Shown piece by piece: positions 1-10,149 of a DNA stretch of 64,000 nt. This DNA comes from an uncultured Planctomycetia bacterium. Lineage in GTDB: Bacteria > Omnitrophota > Gorgyraeia > Duberdicusellales > 4484-171. Below the pieces are notes generated by a model. It was given only the letters and a program-made list of their open reading frames with translations, did not search any database and had not been told where the DNA came from. The stretch lies in NCBI GenBank assembly GCA_964629655.1, contig CAZVQU010000001.1, forward strand, positions 292,056-356,055, written 5' to 3'. Positions within the stretch are counted from its first letter, which is position 1; the number at the start of each line of letters is the position of its first letter. Made by a program: the position numbers and the translations under genes.

Positions 1-761
1 CTTATGTTTAATATCGGTAATGCTTGTTCAAAATCTTCCGGCACTATCCTTATTCCTAATCTTAAACCCTTTGCTTGTTCTATTAAATTAGATATTACCT
101 TTTTCTCGGAAGGAATAGTGACAATTACCTCATCTATAAAGTATTTTTTAGCTACATGAAGAAAATCAGTTAATTTGCCTATTACCGGGGGCCCTTCCTT
201 TAACTTGCCCCCATTATCATCTAAGAAACCTATTGCCCGAAACCCCAGATAAGAATGCCTTTGTATCTCACCCCAGACTAATTTTCCTACCCTACCCACT
301 CCTACTATCAATACATTCCTATTGCGGTAACCTTGAGAAATAAGTCTCCTTAATAATAATCTTTTTATAACCCGCCAACTGGGTAAAAATATACAAAGAA
401 GGAAAAAACTTCTTAGGAAAATCTGGCGAGAAAAAAACTGATACTTAGCAAAAAATATTACTCCCGACATCAAAATACCTGTCCAAGAAATACTGATAAT
501 TGTCCGGGAGATTTCCTTGGGAATACTTAGACCTCTGTCAGTACTATAAAGCTCTCTTCTATTTAAGGAAATAATTAAAAATATAGCCCAAAGTATAAAT
601 ACAAAAGAATATTCCCGCAAATTAGGCAAATTAGCTTTGCCAATGAGAACATTTTGGAATAAATTGTAACGGGAAATATAGGCAAGAAAGAAACTTATTG
701 CTGTAAAAATTAGATCTATGAACACATAAAGGGAATAAACTCTCCGCACTGGTTTAATCAT
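1..761 (-). CDS. Initiating polyprenyl-phosphate sugar-1-phosphate transferase (WcaJ/WbaP-like), N-terminal part; truncated by the window edge
   Basis: Not in the ORF track. Manual translation from ATG at 761 gives MIKPVRRVYSLYVFIDLIFTAISFFLAYISRYN..., several TM helices, then the Rossmann-like RNVLIVGVGRVGKLV...GFRAIGFLDD and LGIRIVPEDF, typical of the N-terminal half of long sugar transferases. The catalytic domain lies outside the window. Confidence 0.8.
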   Translation of the reverse strand, partial: MIKPVRRVYSLYVFIDLIFTAISFFLAYISRYNLFQNVLIGKANLPNLREYSFVFILWAIFLIISLNRRELYSTDRGLSIPKEISRTIISISWTGILMSGVIFFAKYQFFSRQIFLRSFFLLCIFLPSWRVIKRLLLRRLISQGYRNRNVLIVGVGRVGKLVWGEIQRHSYLGFRAIGFLDDNGGKLKEGPPVIGKLTDFLHVAKKYFIDEVIVTIPSEKKVISNLIEQAKGLRLGIRIVPEDFEQALPILNI

Positions 762-822
762 GATATAATAAAGATAATTCTAGCTATCCTCTCTCTCCCA
801 TGATACGGTCTACATATTATGC

Positions 823-851
823 AGTGTACTATTTATCTTGAAAATACGCAA
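823..851 (-). promoter_or_regulatory. Candidate sigma70 promoter upstream of the initiating transferase
   Basis: The minus strand reads TTGCGT-N17-TACACT within the 126-bp gap between the SGNH gene and the ATG at 761. Confidence 0.4.
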
Positions 852-887
852 GGATTTCATTAACAAGTGAGATTTTTGAAAAGAGCT

Positions 888-1928
888 TTAAAATGCTTCG
901 TTTCTTGTCGACATTTTGGAAAGATATTCTGCAATATTGCCTGCCAACAAGCTATATCCCTTAGGACTATAATGGCTCACGAAATTAGTACCCAAAATAC
1001 CGTCTTCTCCCAATAATGATTTTTGAGAGATATAATTAATATCCTCGTCTGAACATAGCTTCTCTGTAAACTTAAGAAAAGAAGGGATATCACCTGGTAC
1101 AGCGGTTACAGCAAAAAAGACATTGTTTTCTTGACAAAATTGTTTCATACTCACTAAAGACTCCTTATATAATTCATATGCGAGTTTTAGTTCACTATCG
1201 GTTTTATCTCTTTTTGCAATATTTTTTGCATGGAAAAAACTGTATTTTCGTGGGAAATAGGCTTGATAAACATACCATAAATTTTTAGCTAGATGCGAGT
1301 GCCGTTTAAGAAATTTTTTTAGCCACCCATCATTAGATGTTATTATGCTATATCTTTTTTTTATATCAGCTATGTCCCCGCCAGGATCATTTGAAAAAAC
1401 TAAAACAATTACAATATCGGGATGATAAAGATGGTAAAACTTCTTTAATACCCTAGAGTAAATTCTGGTTGAGTATCCATTAACCCCGGTATTTATAACC
1501 TCCGATTCTATTCCCTTCTTCTCTAATATCTTCTCAAGCTGTTTAGGCCATGTTTGGAATAGCTTAACTCCAGCCCCGAAAGTCCACGAATCGCCAACAG
1601 CAAGAATTCTTTTTGTTCCTTCATCTGGGAAGTCGGTGAATTCGTGGTCACGTAGCCCCTGACTATTTGTTGAATAGAAAAGTTCGTGATCTTGTTTGTA
1701 GATACCTTCGAAATTATTTGTTAACTTATAGCCTAATTCATCATCCAGCATCGCAAAATTATCAAAATAATCTTCTGTGCTAATATATATTGGCTTAAAA
1801 AATGTGCAAAGAATCTCCAAAGAAACAATGGGAATAGTAATTACAAGCAATGTCATAGCAATATAAAGAGCTATTTTCTTCCTCACGGTCTTGTTTAAAT
1901 AAAAACTAACCTTATGAAAACTCTGCAT
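888..1928 (-). CDS. Membrane-anchored SGNH/GDSL-family protein (putative O-acyl transferase or esterase)
   Basis: N-terminal TM helix; blocks VGDSWTFG, NTGVNGYS and FSND; C-terminal FVSHY. Confidence 0.8.
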   Translation of the reverse strand: MQSFHKVSFYLNKTVRKKIALYIAMTLLVITIPIVSLEILCTFFKPIYISTEDYFDNFAMLDDELGYKLTNNFEGIYKQDHELFYSTNSQGLRDHEFTDFPDEGTKRILAVGDSWTFGAGVKLFQTWPKQLEKILEKKGIESEVINTGVNGYSTRIYSRVLKKFYHLYHPDIVIVLVFSNDPGGDIADIKKRYSIITSNDGWLKKFLKRHSHLAKNLWYVYQAYFPRKYSFFHAKNIAKRDKTDSELKLAYELYKESLVSMKQFCQENNVFFAVTAVPGDIPSFLKFTEKLCSDEDINYISQKSLLGEDGILGTNFVSHYSPKGYSLLAGNIAEYLSKMSTRNEAF

Positions 1929-1983
1929 AAATTACCTCTTTTGATATAAAGAAATGCTATTTGGGATGGTTTTACGAAAAAAC

Positions 1984-3069
1984 TTAATCATTGGAATAAC
2001 CAATGACTATCCTTAATACGGTATCTGAAGCACAAGGAGCTAAATATTCCCGGGGAGGGTTCCAACAACAGTCTTTACCTGTTACTAACTTCACAGCTTC
2101 AAAAATCCGCTGTGACTCTACTCCGCTTAAGATATTACTTCCGCACTCAATAGTCTCCGGACGCTCAGTAACATCACGAATTGTTACGTTGGGAACTTTA
2201 AAAATGCAACATTCTTCCTGAACTGTGCCGCTGTCGCTTAAAACACAAAAAGCGTTTCTTTCTAAGGTGATAAAATCAAGAAAACCCAAAGGTTCCAAAA
2301 AAGTTATTTTTTCTTTAACGGTCTTTAACCCAAAACTTTCAACTTTATCTCTAGTCCTGGGATGCAAACTACAGATAACAGGCATCTTGTAATATTTCTG
2401 AATTTTGCTTATCCCCTTAAACAAATTCACCAGTCTTTTCTTATCGTCAACATTCTCAGCTCTATGCGCTGTCAGCAAAAAATATTCCTTTTTATTTACT
2501 TTATACTTATCTAAAACTTTACGATTATTTATGGACTGGCAATAGTGTTGGATTACTTCATAGATAGGGTTGCCAATAACAAAGATATGAGAATTTTCTA
2601 TTCCTTCACGAATAAGGTTTTCTTTGCTCCGGCTTGTATAAGGCATCAGAATGCTGCTACTATGATCGATAACCCTACGGTTTATCTCTTCAGGAACACG
2701 ATCGTCATAACAGCGATTTCCTGCCTCCAGGTGATATACGGGAATCCCCAGACGCCTGGCAATAATACTAAGGAGGCCGCTATTAGTATCTCCCAAGATA
2801 AGAACTCGGTCGGGTTTTTCTTTGCGTAAAACTTTTTCTCCCTCAATAAACATCTTGCCTATTTGCTCTCCGAAGGCAGCTGCCTTGACTCCTAAAAAAT
2901 AATCCGGCTTTCTTAGTTTAAGTTGTTGGAAAAAAATATCGTTTAGGTTCAGATCAAAATTTTGCCCGGTATGAACAAGTATATGCTCAGATACCTTATC
3001 GAGCTTAGGAATAATACAGCTTAAGCGTATTATTTCTGGGCGTGTTCCTAATATAGTCAGAATTTTCAT
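1984..3069 (-). CDS. Non-hydrolysing UDP-sugar 2-epimerase, FnlC/QnlB/WbjD type
   Basis: GTRPEIIRLS, HTGQNFD, EAGNRCYDDRVPEEINR, SDSGTVQEE and TERPE motifs; adjacent to an FnlA-like gene. Confidence 0.88.
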   Translation of the reverse strand: MKILTILGTRPEIIRLSCIIPKLDKVSEHILVHTGQNFDLNLNDIFFQQLKLRKPDYFLGVKAAAFGEQIGKMFIEGEKVLRKEKPDRVLILGDTNSGLLSIIARRLGIPVYHLEAGNRCYDDRVPEEINRRVIDHSSSILMPYTSRSKENLIREGIENSHIFVIGNPIYEVIQHYCQSINNRKVLDKYKVNKKEYFLLTAHRAENVDDKKRLVNLFKGISKIQKYYKMPVICSLHPRTRDKVESFGLKTVKEKITFLEPLGFLDFITLERNAFCVLSDSGTVQEECCIFKVPNVTIRDVTERPETIECGSNILSGVESQRIFEAVKLVTGKDCCWNPPREYLAPCASDTVLRIVIGYSND

Positions 3070-4115
3070 AATGAAACGGAAGGTTGAGAATCCTCAATCA
3101 TTAACTTATTTTTCTGTAAAATGCTTCTTACTTCCTCTAGCGACACAACACTATCAGCTGAATTGTACTCTTTATTGAGGACTGGCTTTTCTTCTTCTTT
3201 CCTCAATTCAGGAATAATCGGTAAAATCACATAATAGTCTCCACGGCTGACTACCCTATGGCATTCTTCCTCGGAAATAAGAATTTCATGGACTTTTTCT
3301 CCCGGACGAATACCAATATCTTTCTTATCAATACTGCGGCTGCCGATTAGTATATCTGCTACATCACTAATTTTTGCCGAAGATACACGAGGAATATAAG
3401 TTTCACCTTTTCTAGCCTGACCCACTGCGGCAAAAATAACATCTACAGCCTTATCCAAATTCATGAGAAAACGCGTCATCTCAAAGGTAGTAATAGTTAC
3501 CGGTCCGCCTGACAAAATCTGGTCACGGAACAGAGGAATAACTGAACCTCTTGAAGCTAAAACATTCCCATACCTTACGCAAATAAAACGCGTTTGCGGA
3601 CAATTAATATTAGCTTGGATAAAAACGCGCTCTTGCAAAGCCTTAGTCATCCCCATTACGTTCACCGGCTTACAAGCTTTATCTGTAGAAACTCCCACTA
3701 CTGTTTCTATAGGTAAGTTATTCTCTTTAATCGCCCGAACAATATTTGCCGGGCCGATGATATTGGTCATCACCGCCTCATATGGAAAATACTCACAGGT
3801 CGGAACTTGCTTTAAGGCCGCGGCATTAAATACTATATCAATATCTCTAAATGCCGAGGCAACGCTATGAAAATCCCGGACATCGCCTATATAGAATTCC
3901 ACTAACTGATCAAAATTATGATAAATTATCTCATCAGTGGCGAACTTTCTCTGCTTATAAAACATACGCATCTGATGCTGCTTAGCCTCATCACGAGAAA
4001 AGATTACTATTTTCTTCGGCTTTCCCATCTTTCCCTCAAGAAGCCTGCGGGTTAAAATCTTTCCCAGAGAACCTGTGCCACCGGCAATCAAAATTCTTTT
4101 ACCTTCAAAAATCAT
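3066..4115 (-). CDS. fnlA: UDP-GlcNAc 4,6-dehydratase/5-epimerase (FnlA/WbjB/CapE family)
   Basis: GGTGSLG, FSRDEAKQ, AAALKQVPTCE, STDKACKPVNVMGMTK, RYGNVLASRGSVIP and GIRPGEK motifs. Confidence 0.85.
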   Translation of the reverse strand: MIFEGKRILIAGGTGSLGKILTRRLLEGKMGKPKKIVIFSRDEAKQHQMRMFYKQRKFATDEIIYHNFDQLVEFYIGDVRDFHSVASAFRDIDIVFNAAALKQVPTCEYFPYEAVMTNIIGPANIVRAIKENNLPIETVVGVSTDKACKPVNVMGMTKALQERVFIQANINCPQTRFICVRYGNVLASRGSVIPLFRDQILSGGPVTITTFEMTRFLMNLDKAVDVIFAAVGQARKGETYIPRVSSAKISDVADILIGSRSIDKKDIGIRPGEKVHEILISEEECHRVVSRGDYYVILPIIPELRKEEEKPVLNKEYNSADSVVSLEEVRSILQKNKLMIEDSQPSVSL

Positions 4116-5011
4116 TTCTTTCTCCCTAATTGATCATAAAATGCTGAATCACTATACATATTAGTAATCATTTCTCTCCAAGAAAAAGGCTTGAAATTTG
4201 TTGCTTTTCGAAAACGTGTCGAATCTAAGCTGCAGTCACAGACAAATTTATCATAAGGTTCAATTTCAATATCCAGCTTGTATATTTCTTTTATAAGAGA
4301 CAATAAACTAAATTTATCAATTGGCTCGCTGGAAACATGATATAAACCTGATAGCTCCTTATGCTCCTTAATTACATTAAGGATAATATCACATAAGGCT
4401 TTAGTTGTAAACCCGCTAAAGACAGCCTTTGTATACCCTTTTACCTCCCCCTTTTTTTGAGATAAAAACCACTCCAATAAACTATGCTGTGAATTAAGCT
4501 CCCGGCCAATGATAGAAGTTCGCAAGGTTAAAGCTTTCGCAGAAACCACTTCTCCAAGAAATTTTGTCCTTCCATACAAATCCTCAGCATCTGAGGAGTC
4601 TTCTTCGATATATTGCCCTTTCTTTCCGGAAAAAACGCAATCAGTGCTGATATGAATCAGCCGGACACCCGACCTATTACAAATTTCCGCTAAACGATGA
4701 GGAAATAAAGCGTTAATTTCAATGGATTTCAAGAATTCGTTAGAAGCCGGTGATTGCTTAATAATTCCCACACAATTAAGAATAACCTGCGGCTTTACCC
4801 TATCTACAATCTCCTGAACGCTCTGAAAACAAGTTGCATCAACATTGTCAAGCGTCCGCTCCTGAACAAATAAATCATAATGTTTATAATAAGAAAACGG
4901 CCTACGAACAGTAATGTAAGTATCACAACTAGAACGAAACGTCTGCCAGGCCTTATGGCCTAACATTCCCGTACCGCCTAAAATCAATACTTTTACAGAC
5001 ATCTCATCCAC
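4112..5011 (-). CDS. RmlD-like sugar 4-reductase (QnlA/WbvR type)
   Basis: GGTGMLG, HISTDCVFSG, YGRTKFLGE and RTSIIG motifs. The true start may be the second Met (MSVKVLILG). Confidence 0.85.
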   Translation of the reverse strand: MDEMSVKVLILGGTGMLGHKAWQTFRSSCDTYITVRRPFSYYKHYDLFVQERTLDNVDATCFQSVQEIVDRVKPQVILNCVGIIKQSPASNEFLKSIEINALFPHRLAEICNRSGVRLIHISTDCVFSGKKGQYIEEDSSDAEDLYGRTKFLGEVVSAKALTLRTSIIGRELNSQHSLLEWFLSQKKGEVKGYTKAVFSGFTTKALCDIILNVIKEHKELSGLYHVSSEPIDKFSLLSLIKEIYKLDIEIEPYDKFVCDCSLDSTRFRKATNFKPFSWREMITNMYSDSAFYDQLGRKK

Positions 5012-5943
5012 TCCACATACTCTTTAAGCCCTTCTTTTATGGAAATCTTAGGCTCATATCCCAACACCCTCTTGGCAAGATCAACGTCAGCTAAGCTATG
5101 CTTTACTTCTCCCTTACGCTCAGGGTGATGGACAACCTCTTCTAAAATTCCTGCGACATCCTGCACTATAGAAGCAAGCGCGTTAACTGTTAGACTCACA
5201 CCGCTTCCTATATTAAATGCCCCTCTTAAACCCTGTTCTTTTGCCGCCAGCAGGTTAGCTCCGGCTATATCGGCCACATTAACAAAGTCACGGGTTTGCT
5301 CTCCGTCTCCGTATATTGTTAAAGGTTCTTTTTTAAATAACCGTGTTACAAAAATAGGTATCACATTTCCGTAAGCATCATAGCGCTGATTCGGACCGTA
5401 AACATTAAAATAACGCAAAGCCACAATATCTATATCGTAAATTTTGGATAAACATAAACAGTGTTTCTCAGCCGCTAATTTACTTACCCCATAAAAAGAA
5501 TCAGGCGCAACCGGATGATTTTCATCAATAGGCAATTTCTTGGGCTCACCGTAAATTGCTGCTGATGAAGAATAAACAATTTTTTTAACTCCTGATCTAC
5601 GCGCTGCCTCAAGGATATTAAGTGTCCCTAAAACATTAACATCTGAATCAAATAAAGGATCTTCTAAAGATTTAACATTACCGATATTTGCGGCAAGATG
5701 AAACACCACCTCAACCCCATTCATTGCTTCTGAGGCTGCCTGCTTGTCTCGGATATCGCCCCGGATAACTTTAACTTGAGGAAAAGGCTTTAGATTCTCT
5801 TCGTAGCCGGTTGAAAAATTATCTAAAACAGTAACCTCATAAGAATCCTGTAAAAGAAGCTTAACAATATTAGAACCAATAAACCCTGCCCCACCTGTAA
5901 CCAATGCTTTTTTCCCTTTATGGTGATTTTCGCGTTCTTGCAT
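4993..5943 (-). CDS. NAD-dependent nucleotide-sugar epimerase/dehydratase (GalE/WbpP-like)
   Basis: TGGAGFIGS, YGVSK, LRYFNVYGP and GDGEQTRDF motifs. Confidence 0.9.
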   Translation of the reverse strand: MQERENHHKGKKALVTGGAGFIGSNIVKLLLQDSYEVTVLDNFSTGYEENLKPFPQVKVIRGDIRDKQAASEAMNGVEVVFHLAANIGNVKSLEDPLFDSDVNVLGTLNILEAARRSGVKKIVYSSSAAIYGEPKKLPIDENHPVAPDSFYGVSKLAAEKHCLCLSKIYDIDIVALRYFNVYGPNQRYDAYGNVIPIFVTRLFKKEPLTIYGDGEQTRDFVNVADIAGANLLAAKEQGLRGAFNIGSGVSLTVNALASIVQDVAGILEEVVHHPERKGEVKHSLADVDLAKRVLGYEPKISIKEGLKEYVEWMRCL

Positions 5944-5968
5944 TATACTTTTTAAACCTCCTTATTTT

Positions 5969-7354
5969 TTAACGGATACCGCTAGAATTTTCCTGAATAT
6001 ATCGCGCAAAATGTCTAGCAAAACGGTCTGAGCCTTGCAGATTCCAATGTCCATCATATACCAACCAATGTCGTTTTATTCCCTTAGGTGACAAACCGTT
6101 AAAAACTTTATACCCATCATAATACAACATATTAAAACGCTTGGCAATCGTCTCGTATTCCATTTGGTGTTCTGTTTTTTCGCGTTTCAGCAACCCCGGC
6201 CTCGAAGGAATGGTAACCAGAATAGTCTGCTTATTATAATCTTGACACCATTTTACTATATGTTCTAATTTCTTTATTTTCTCTTCAAAGAGACTTTTTG
6301 AGTTGCGTATCCGTTTCTCTGATTCTTTCCGCATAACTATTCCATCATGCCACAGTATAAATGAGTGTACAATGTATGAATCAATGGGATAAAGTCGAAA
6401 TATGCAGGCCGATTTAATAAAAGGGTTAATAAAATTATCCATCTCAGCATCATCCGCGATACTCCAGTAACAACGTATCTTATCAAAGTAATTAAGTTCA
6501 AAATCATTAACGTCTTTAGGCATAGTTGGAAAAGTTTTATAGCCACCGCCTTTTTCAGTCATGTGAAAAATTGCAAAATTCCGATACAAATTATCTACAA
6601 AACCAGCGAATATCACACCGTCAAATTCATAATCAGGTATAATTTCTTCAAAAAAGACTTTATGCCAATTAGCTAATCCTCCCCCATCTACTGCAAACGA
6701 ATAAAATTCATAAGCCGGTTGTTCATTCGAATTAAGAATTTTCTCAATCTGTTCAGGCCAAGGTGCTTCTAGAAAGAATGCCGTTGTGAAAGAATCTCCG
6801 AATACGATGTACCGAATCATATTAGAGGATGACTTTTTAAATGTATAGTCTTTGCTAGAAATCCATCCTTGTTTATTTATATGAAAACGTTGGTCGTATA
6901 TAACTTTCCCTTTAATTACTCTAGCAACACGAGCAGAATCTCCTACCCATCGATACCCTCGGATACTATCAAACTTAGCGCAAGGCCTATTGAACATTTT
7001 CCTTTGATAAGATGTTTTGCTAAAACACGTGTAGCAATACATGAAAGCTTCTATAGAAAGGTAGCCAAAATTCAAAACAGTTAGGAATGTTAATATATGA
7101 ATTACAACTTTTGAGCGAATTTTCAGAAAAAAAAGTAATAATGCTATGCTTATATAAAAAACTCCTGCTGCACCAACAATCCTGTGAGTCAAACGCACAC
7201 CAGAGTGCTTGAAACAAACGAATAGCCAAAAAGCTCCTAACAGCAAAAAAAGAAAAGCAAAAGCCCACCTTATTTTGATAGATAACCCATTCTCTTTGGG
7301 CACCTTTCTAGAAACTTGATCTTTTCCTTCTTGCTCACTTTTCTCTACTTTCAT
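5969..7354 (-). CDS. Membrane protein with C-terminal SGNH domain (AlgX/AlgJ-like)
   Basis: Three N-terminal TM segments; FGDSFT and C-terminal DGHWN motifs. Confidence 0.7.
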   Translation of the reverse strand: MKVEKSEQEGKDQVSRKVPKENGLSIKIRWAFAFLFLLLGAFWLFVCFKHSGVRLTHRIVGAAGVFYISIALLLFFLKIRSKVVIHILTFLTVLNFGYLSIEAFMYCYTCFSKTSYQRKMFNRPCAKFDSIRGYRWVGDSARVARVIKGKVIYDQRFHINKQGWISSKDYTFKKSSSNMIRYIVFGDSFTTAFFLEAPWPEQIEKILNSNEQPAYEFYSFAVDGGGLANWHKVFFEEIIPDYEFDGVIFAGFVDNLYRNFAIFHMTEKGGGYKTFPTMPKDVNDFELNYFDKIRCYWSIADDAEMDNFINPFIKSACIFRLYPIDSYIVHSFILWHDGIVMRKESEKRIRNSKSLFEEKIKKLEHIVKWCQDYNKQTILVTIPSRPGLLKREKTEHQMEYETIAKRFNMLYYDGYKVFNGLSPKGIKRHWLVYDGHWNLQGSDRFARHFARYIQENSSGIR

Positions 7355-7410
7355 TCTTAGCTACTTCCTTTTACTAGCTTAGCGCGCACTATACACTATG
7401 TTCAACATTA

Positions 7411-8202
7411 TCAAAACGACTTTGAGCTGCAAGCGGATTCTTTGTCACCACATTTCCTTAAGAAAATCTCTTTTACCAAAAGGCCTAAAAATTTTATGTT
7501 AATAACTGTATACCTCTTCCACATCCTTTTAGGCTCCTGAATAAATCTATAAAACCACTCCAATCCCAGCTTGCTTACCCAAAAAGGCGCTAATTGACAT
7601 TTACCGGCAATAACGTCAACGCATCCTCCTACCCCAATACATACTGGCACATTCATTTTATCCAAGTTTTTTGAAACAAAGTTTTCTTTCAGCGGACTGC
7701 TCATTGCTACAAGAAGAATATCCGGTTTTTTTTCTTTTATATCATAAATAACATCTTTATCGTTCTCAAAATCAAAATACCCATGATGATAACCTACAAT
7801 ATTTATTCCGGGATATTGAGCCTTGAGATTTTTAACAGCTTTAAACAAAATATCTTCCTCTGCACCTAAAAAATAAAGGCGGTATGGTTTATTTTGCGCA
7901 ACTTTCAAAAAATCAAATACAAGCCGGGTAGCGTTTACAGGCTCTTTAACCGGTTTTCTGAATAATCGCGCCGCATAATAAAGAACAAAGCTATCCATGG
8001 TCAGCAAGTCAGCGCTATTATAAATCTCCCTTAATCTCTGACTTTCATTCGCCAGCACTACTAATTCTGCAGCTATCGTAGAGACCATATGTGGCTCTTT
8101 TATGCTAATAAAATGCTCTATTTTTTTAATAGCTTGGGCTGTTGTGCAATTATTAAATTTTAGCCCTAAAAAATCAAACCGTTTTTCTTTTAAACTATCC
8201 AT
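7411..8202 (-). CDS. WecG/TagA/CpsF-family glycosyltransferase (GT26)
   Basis: LYFLGA, GYHHGYF, PDILLVAMSSPLKE and GLEWFYRFIQEPKRMWKRY motifs. Confidence 0.92.
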   Translation of the reverse strand: MDSLKEKRFDFLGLKFNNCTTAQAIKKIEHFISIKEPHMVSTIAAELVVLANESQRLREIYNSADLLTMDSFVLYYAARLFRKPVKEPVNATRLVFDFLKVAQNKPYRLYFLGAEEDILFKAVKNLKAQYPGINIVGYHHGYFDFENDKDVIYDIKEKKPDILLVAMSSPLKENFVSKNLDKMNVPVCIGVGGCVDVIAGKCQLAPFWVSKLGLEWFYRFIQEPKRMWKRYTVINIKFLGLLVKEIFLRKCGDKESACSSKSF

Positions 8203-8212
8203 TTTCTGATAA

Positions 8213-9082
8213 CTAAATAATAAAAATTTTGTTTCTCAAGGCAGCCTTCCAGATAAGAAACCTCTCATAAATATAAACAAAATATTTAAGAAAACCGTAG
8301 ATCAAATCATAAGGGCCGCGGTAACTAACGACAAAAATCAATACAATCGGACAGAATATAATCAATAATCTCCGAGGATAAAAAATAAACCCCTTAAGCC
8401 GAGGATGCTTTTTGTGCCTTTTTATAAAATCAACCTCGTTTACTGTGCGCTTGGCCCGATTAAGCAATCCTTCAATACTTAAACGCTTTTTTTTATGAGC
8501 CACTAACATATCAGCAGAAAAGTAGATCTTACCAACCTTTAAAACCCTATAAGCTAAGTCTCTATCTTCATGAGAGTATTCAAAAACTGGGTCAAAATAA
8601 TTTACCCTTTCTAAAATATCTCTACGATAAACTACATTACAACTCATAAACTGGCCGTCAACAAACTGATGAGTATTACAATCAGAAACTGTAACTTCAC
8701 CCTCTGACTCATAGTAAGTTTTACCGCTTACCCCAACGTATTCCCCAGTTTCTAAGACCTTTAAACCCTCCTCTATCCAATGTTTATCGGGCGCGCAGTC
8801 ACCGTCAGTAAAAAATATATACTCTCCTTTAGCTTTGCTTATCCCTAAATTACGTAACCTAGCAAGTCCGCAAGATGAGCTTTCAAAGAAATACTTAATT
8901 CTTTGATCGGAAAAAGATTTAATAATGCTGCTCGTTTTATCGGTTGAGTTATTATCAATGATTATTAACTCAAACTCCTCATAACTTTGCCTGAGTAAGG
9001 AACCAAGGAGGCTCCTAATAAATCTTTCCTCATTCTTTACAACAATGACAACGCTAATTTTCATTTTCCTCCTTCGAAACAA
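8213..9082 (-). CDS. Glycosyltransferase family 2
   Basis: ISVVIVVKNE, IDNNSTD, FTDGD and HEDRDL motifs. The probable start is MKISVV. Confidence 0.9.
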   Translation of the reverse strand: MFRRRKMKISVVIVVKNEERFIRSLLGSLLRQSYEEFELIIIDNNSTDKTSSIIKSFSDQRIKYFFESSSCGLARLRNLGISKAKGEYIFFTDGDCAPDKHWIEEGLKVLETGEYVGVSGKTYYESEGEVTVSDCNTHQFVDGQFMSCNVVYRRDILERVNYFDPVFEYSHEDRDLAYRVLKVGKIYFSADMLVAHKKKRLSIEGLLNRAKRTVNEVDFIKRHKKHPRLKGFIFYPRRLLIIFCPIVLIFVVSYRGPYDLIYGFLKYFVYIYERFLIWKAALRNKIFII

Positions 9083-10149
9083 AAATAAGCTTTAAGCAAA
9101 GCTGCAGGGTCCATCTTAATGCTTGTTTCTAAAAAACAGGCGTGTGTACAAGCACAATTTTTTATTTTCTCAAACATATCCTGAGCATTAGGAGAATTTA
9201 AAACTTTTTTTAAATCATAATCCGTACTTCGTATATTTCCCACGGCTTTAGTTAACTCACATAATTTTACATCGCCGTTCGGCTCTAAAACCGCTAGGGC
9301 ATTTCCGGCCTGGCATTTAAAAGGAAGCTGTCTGCCTTCAAGAACGCTAGAATAGACCATGTAGAGATACCTCATTTTATTGGTCACCAAAGAACCAAAA
9401 ATTTTATTACTCATTCTCTTTTTGTTCCAAAAAGAATAAAAAGGCATCAATTGTTCTGAAAGGTCTCGCCATTGTTTGGCCGAAGGGGCTGCTAAATCTT
9501 GATCGTAAGGTTTACCCCGCACCGGAGATGGCCCGTGACTGTCAACCGATAACTCATTCTTAATGAATTCAGCCAACATAATCATCTCATTTATATTTAT
9601 GTTATTAACTACTGATATTATATTTACAGTTAAATTATCAAATTTCTCCCTTAAAGGAGCCAGCCTCTCTGTGGTCTTTATGACTTTTTCAAAACTTCCC
9701 TGGACACCTTTAATTTTATCATGCGTCTTTGCAAATCCATCCAGAGGCAAAGAAAGGATGAGTTCAGTATTTGGGCATTTAGCCAATATTTTATCTACAT
9801 AATAGCTTATCTTATCAGAATAGAAACCATTTGTCGGAAGGTGAATAAGGTTAACTCCGTTTTTCCGACAGAATATCTCACATATTTCCGGCAAATCATC
9901 TCTTAAAAACGGCTCCCCCCCGGATAAAAGTAATTTGCTAAACCTACCGAGAGAAAAAGACACTTTGGCAATCTCGTCTATGGTTAGTTCCGCAACATTA
10001 TTCATTGTACTTGCGTTCATATAATCCACATAGAAACATGTCTTACATCTAAAATTACACCGGTATGTTACTGAAAATATCAATTCATCTAACTTGTTTT
10101 TATGATGATAATATCTGGAAAAAGACTGCAGTAATCTAGACAGCTTCAC
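9061..10149 (-). CDS. Radical SAM protein with SPASM/twitch domain
   Basis: CNFRCKTC and SGGEPFLR; C-terminal CQAG...C...CACTHAC. Confidence 0.9.
   Translation of the reverse strand: MKLSRLLQSFSRYYHHKNKLDELIFSVTYRCNFRCKTCFYVDYMNASTMNNVAELTIDEIAKVSFSLGRFSKLLLSGGEPFLRDDLPEICEIFCRKNGVNLIHLPTNGFYSDKISYYVDKILAKCPNTELILSLPLDGFAKTHDKIKGVQGSFEKVIKTTERLAPLREKFDNLTVNIISVVNNININEMIMLAEFIKNELSVDSHGPSPVRGKPYDQDLAAPSAKQWRDLSEQLMPFYSFWNKKRMSNKIFGSLVTNKMRYLYMVYSSVLEGRQLPFKCQAGNALAVLEPNGDVKLCELTKAVGNIRSTDYDLKKVLNSPNAQDMFEKIKNCACTHACFLETSIKMDPAALLKAYFCFEGGK

Noticed and set aside
9915-9921. C7 run in a radical SAM gene
   Set aside because: It encodes the conserved SGGEP motif and is short for phase variation.
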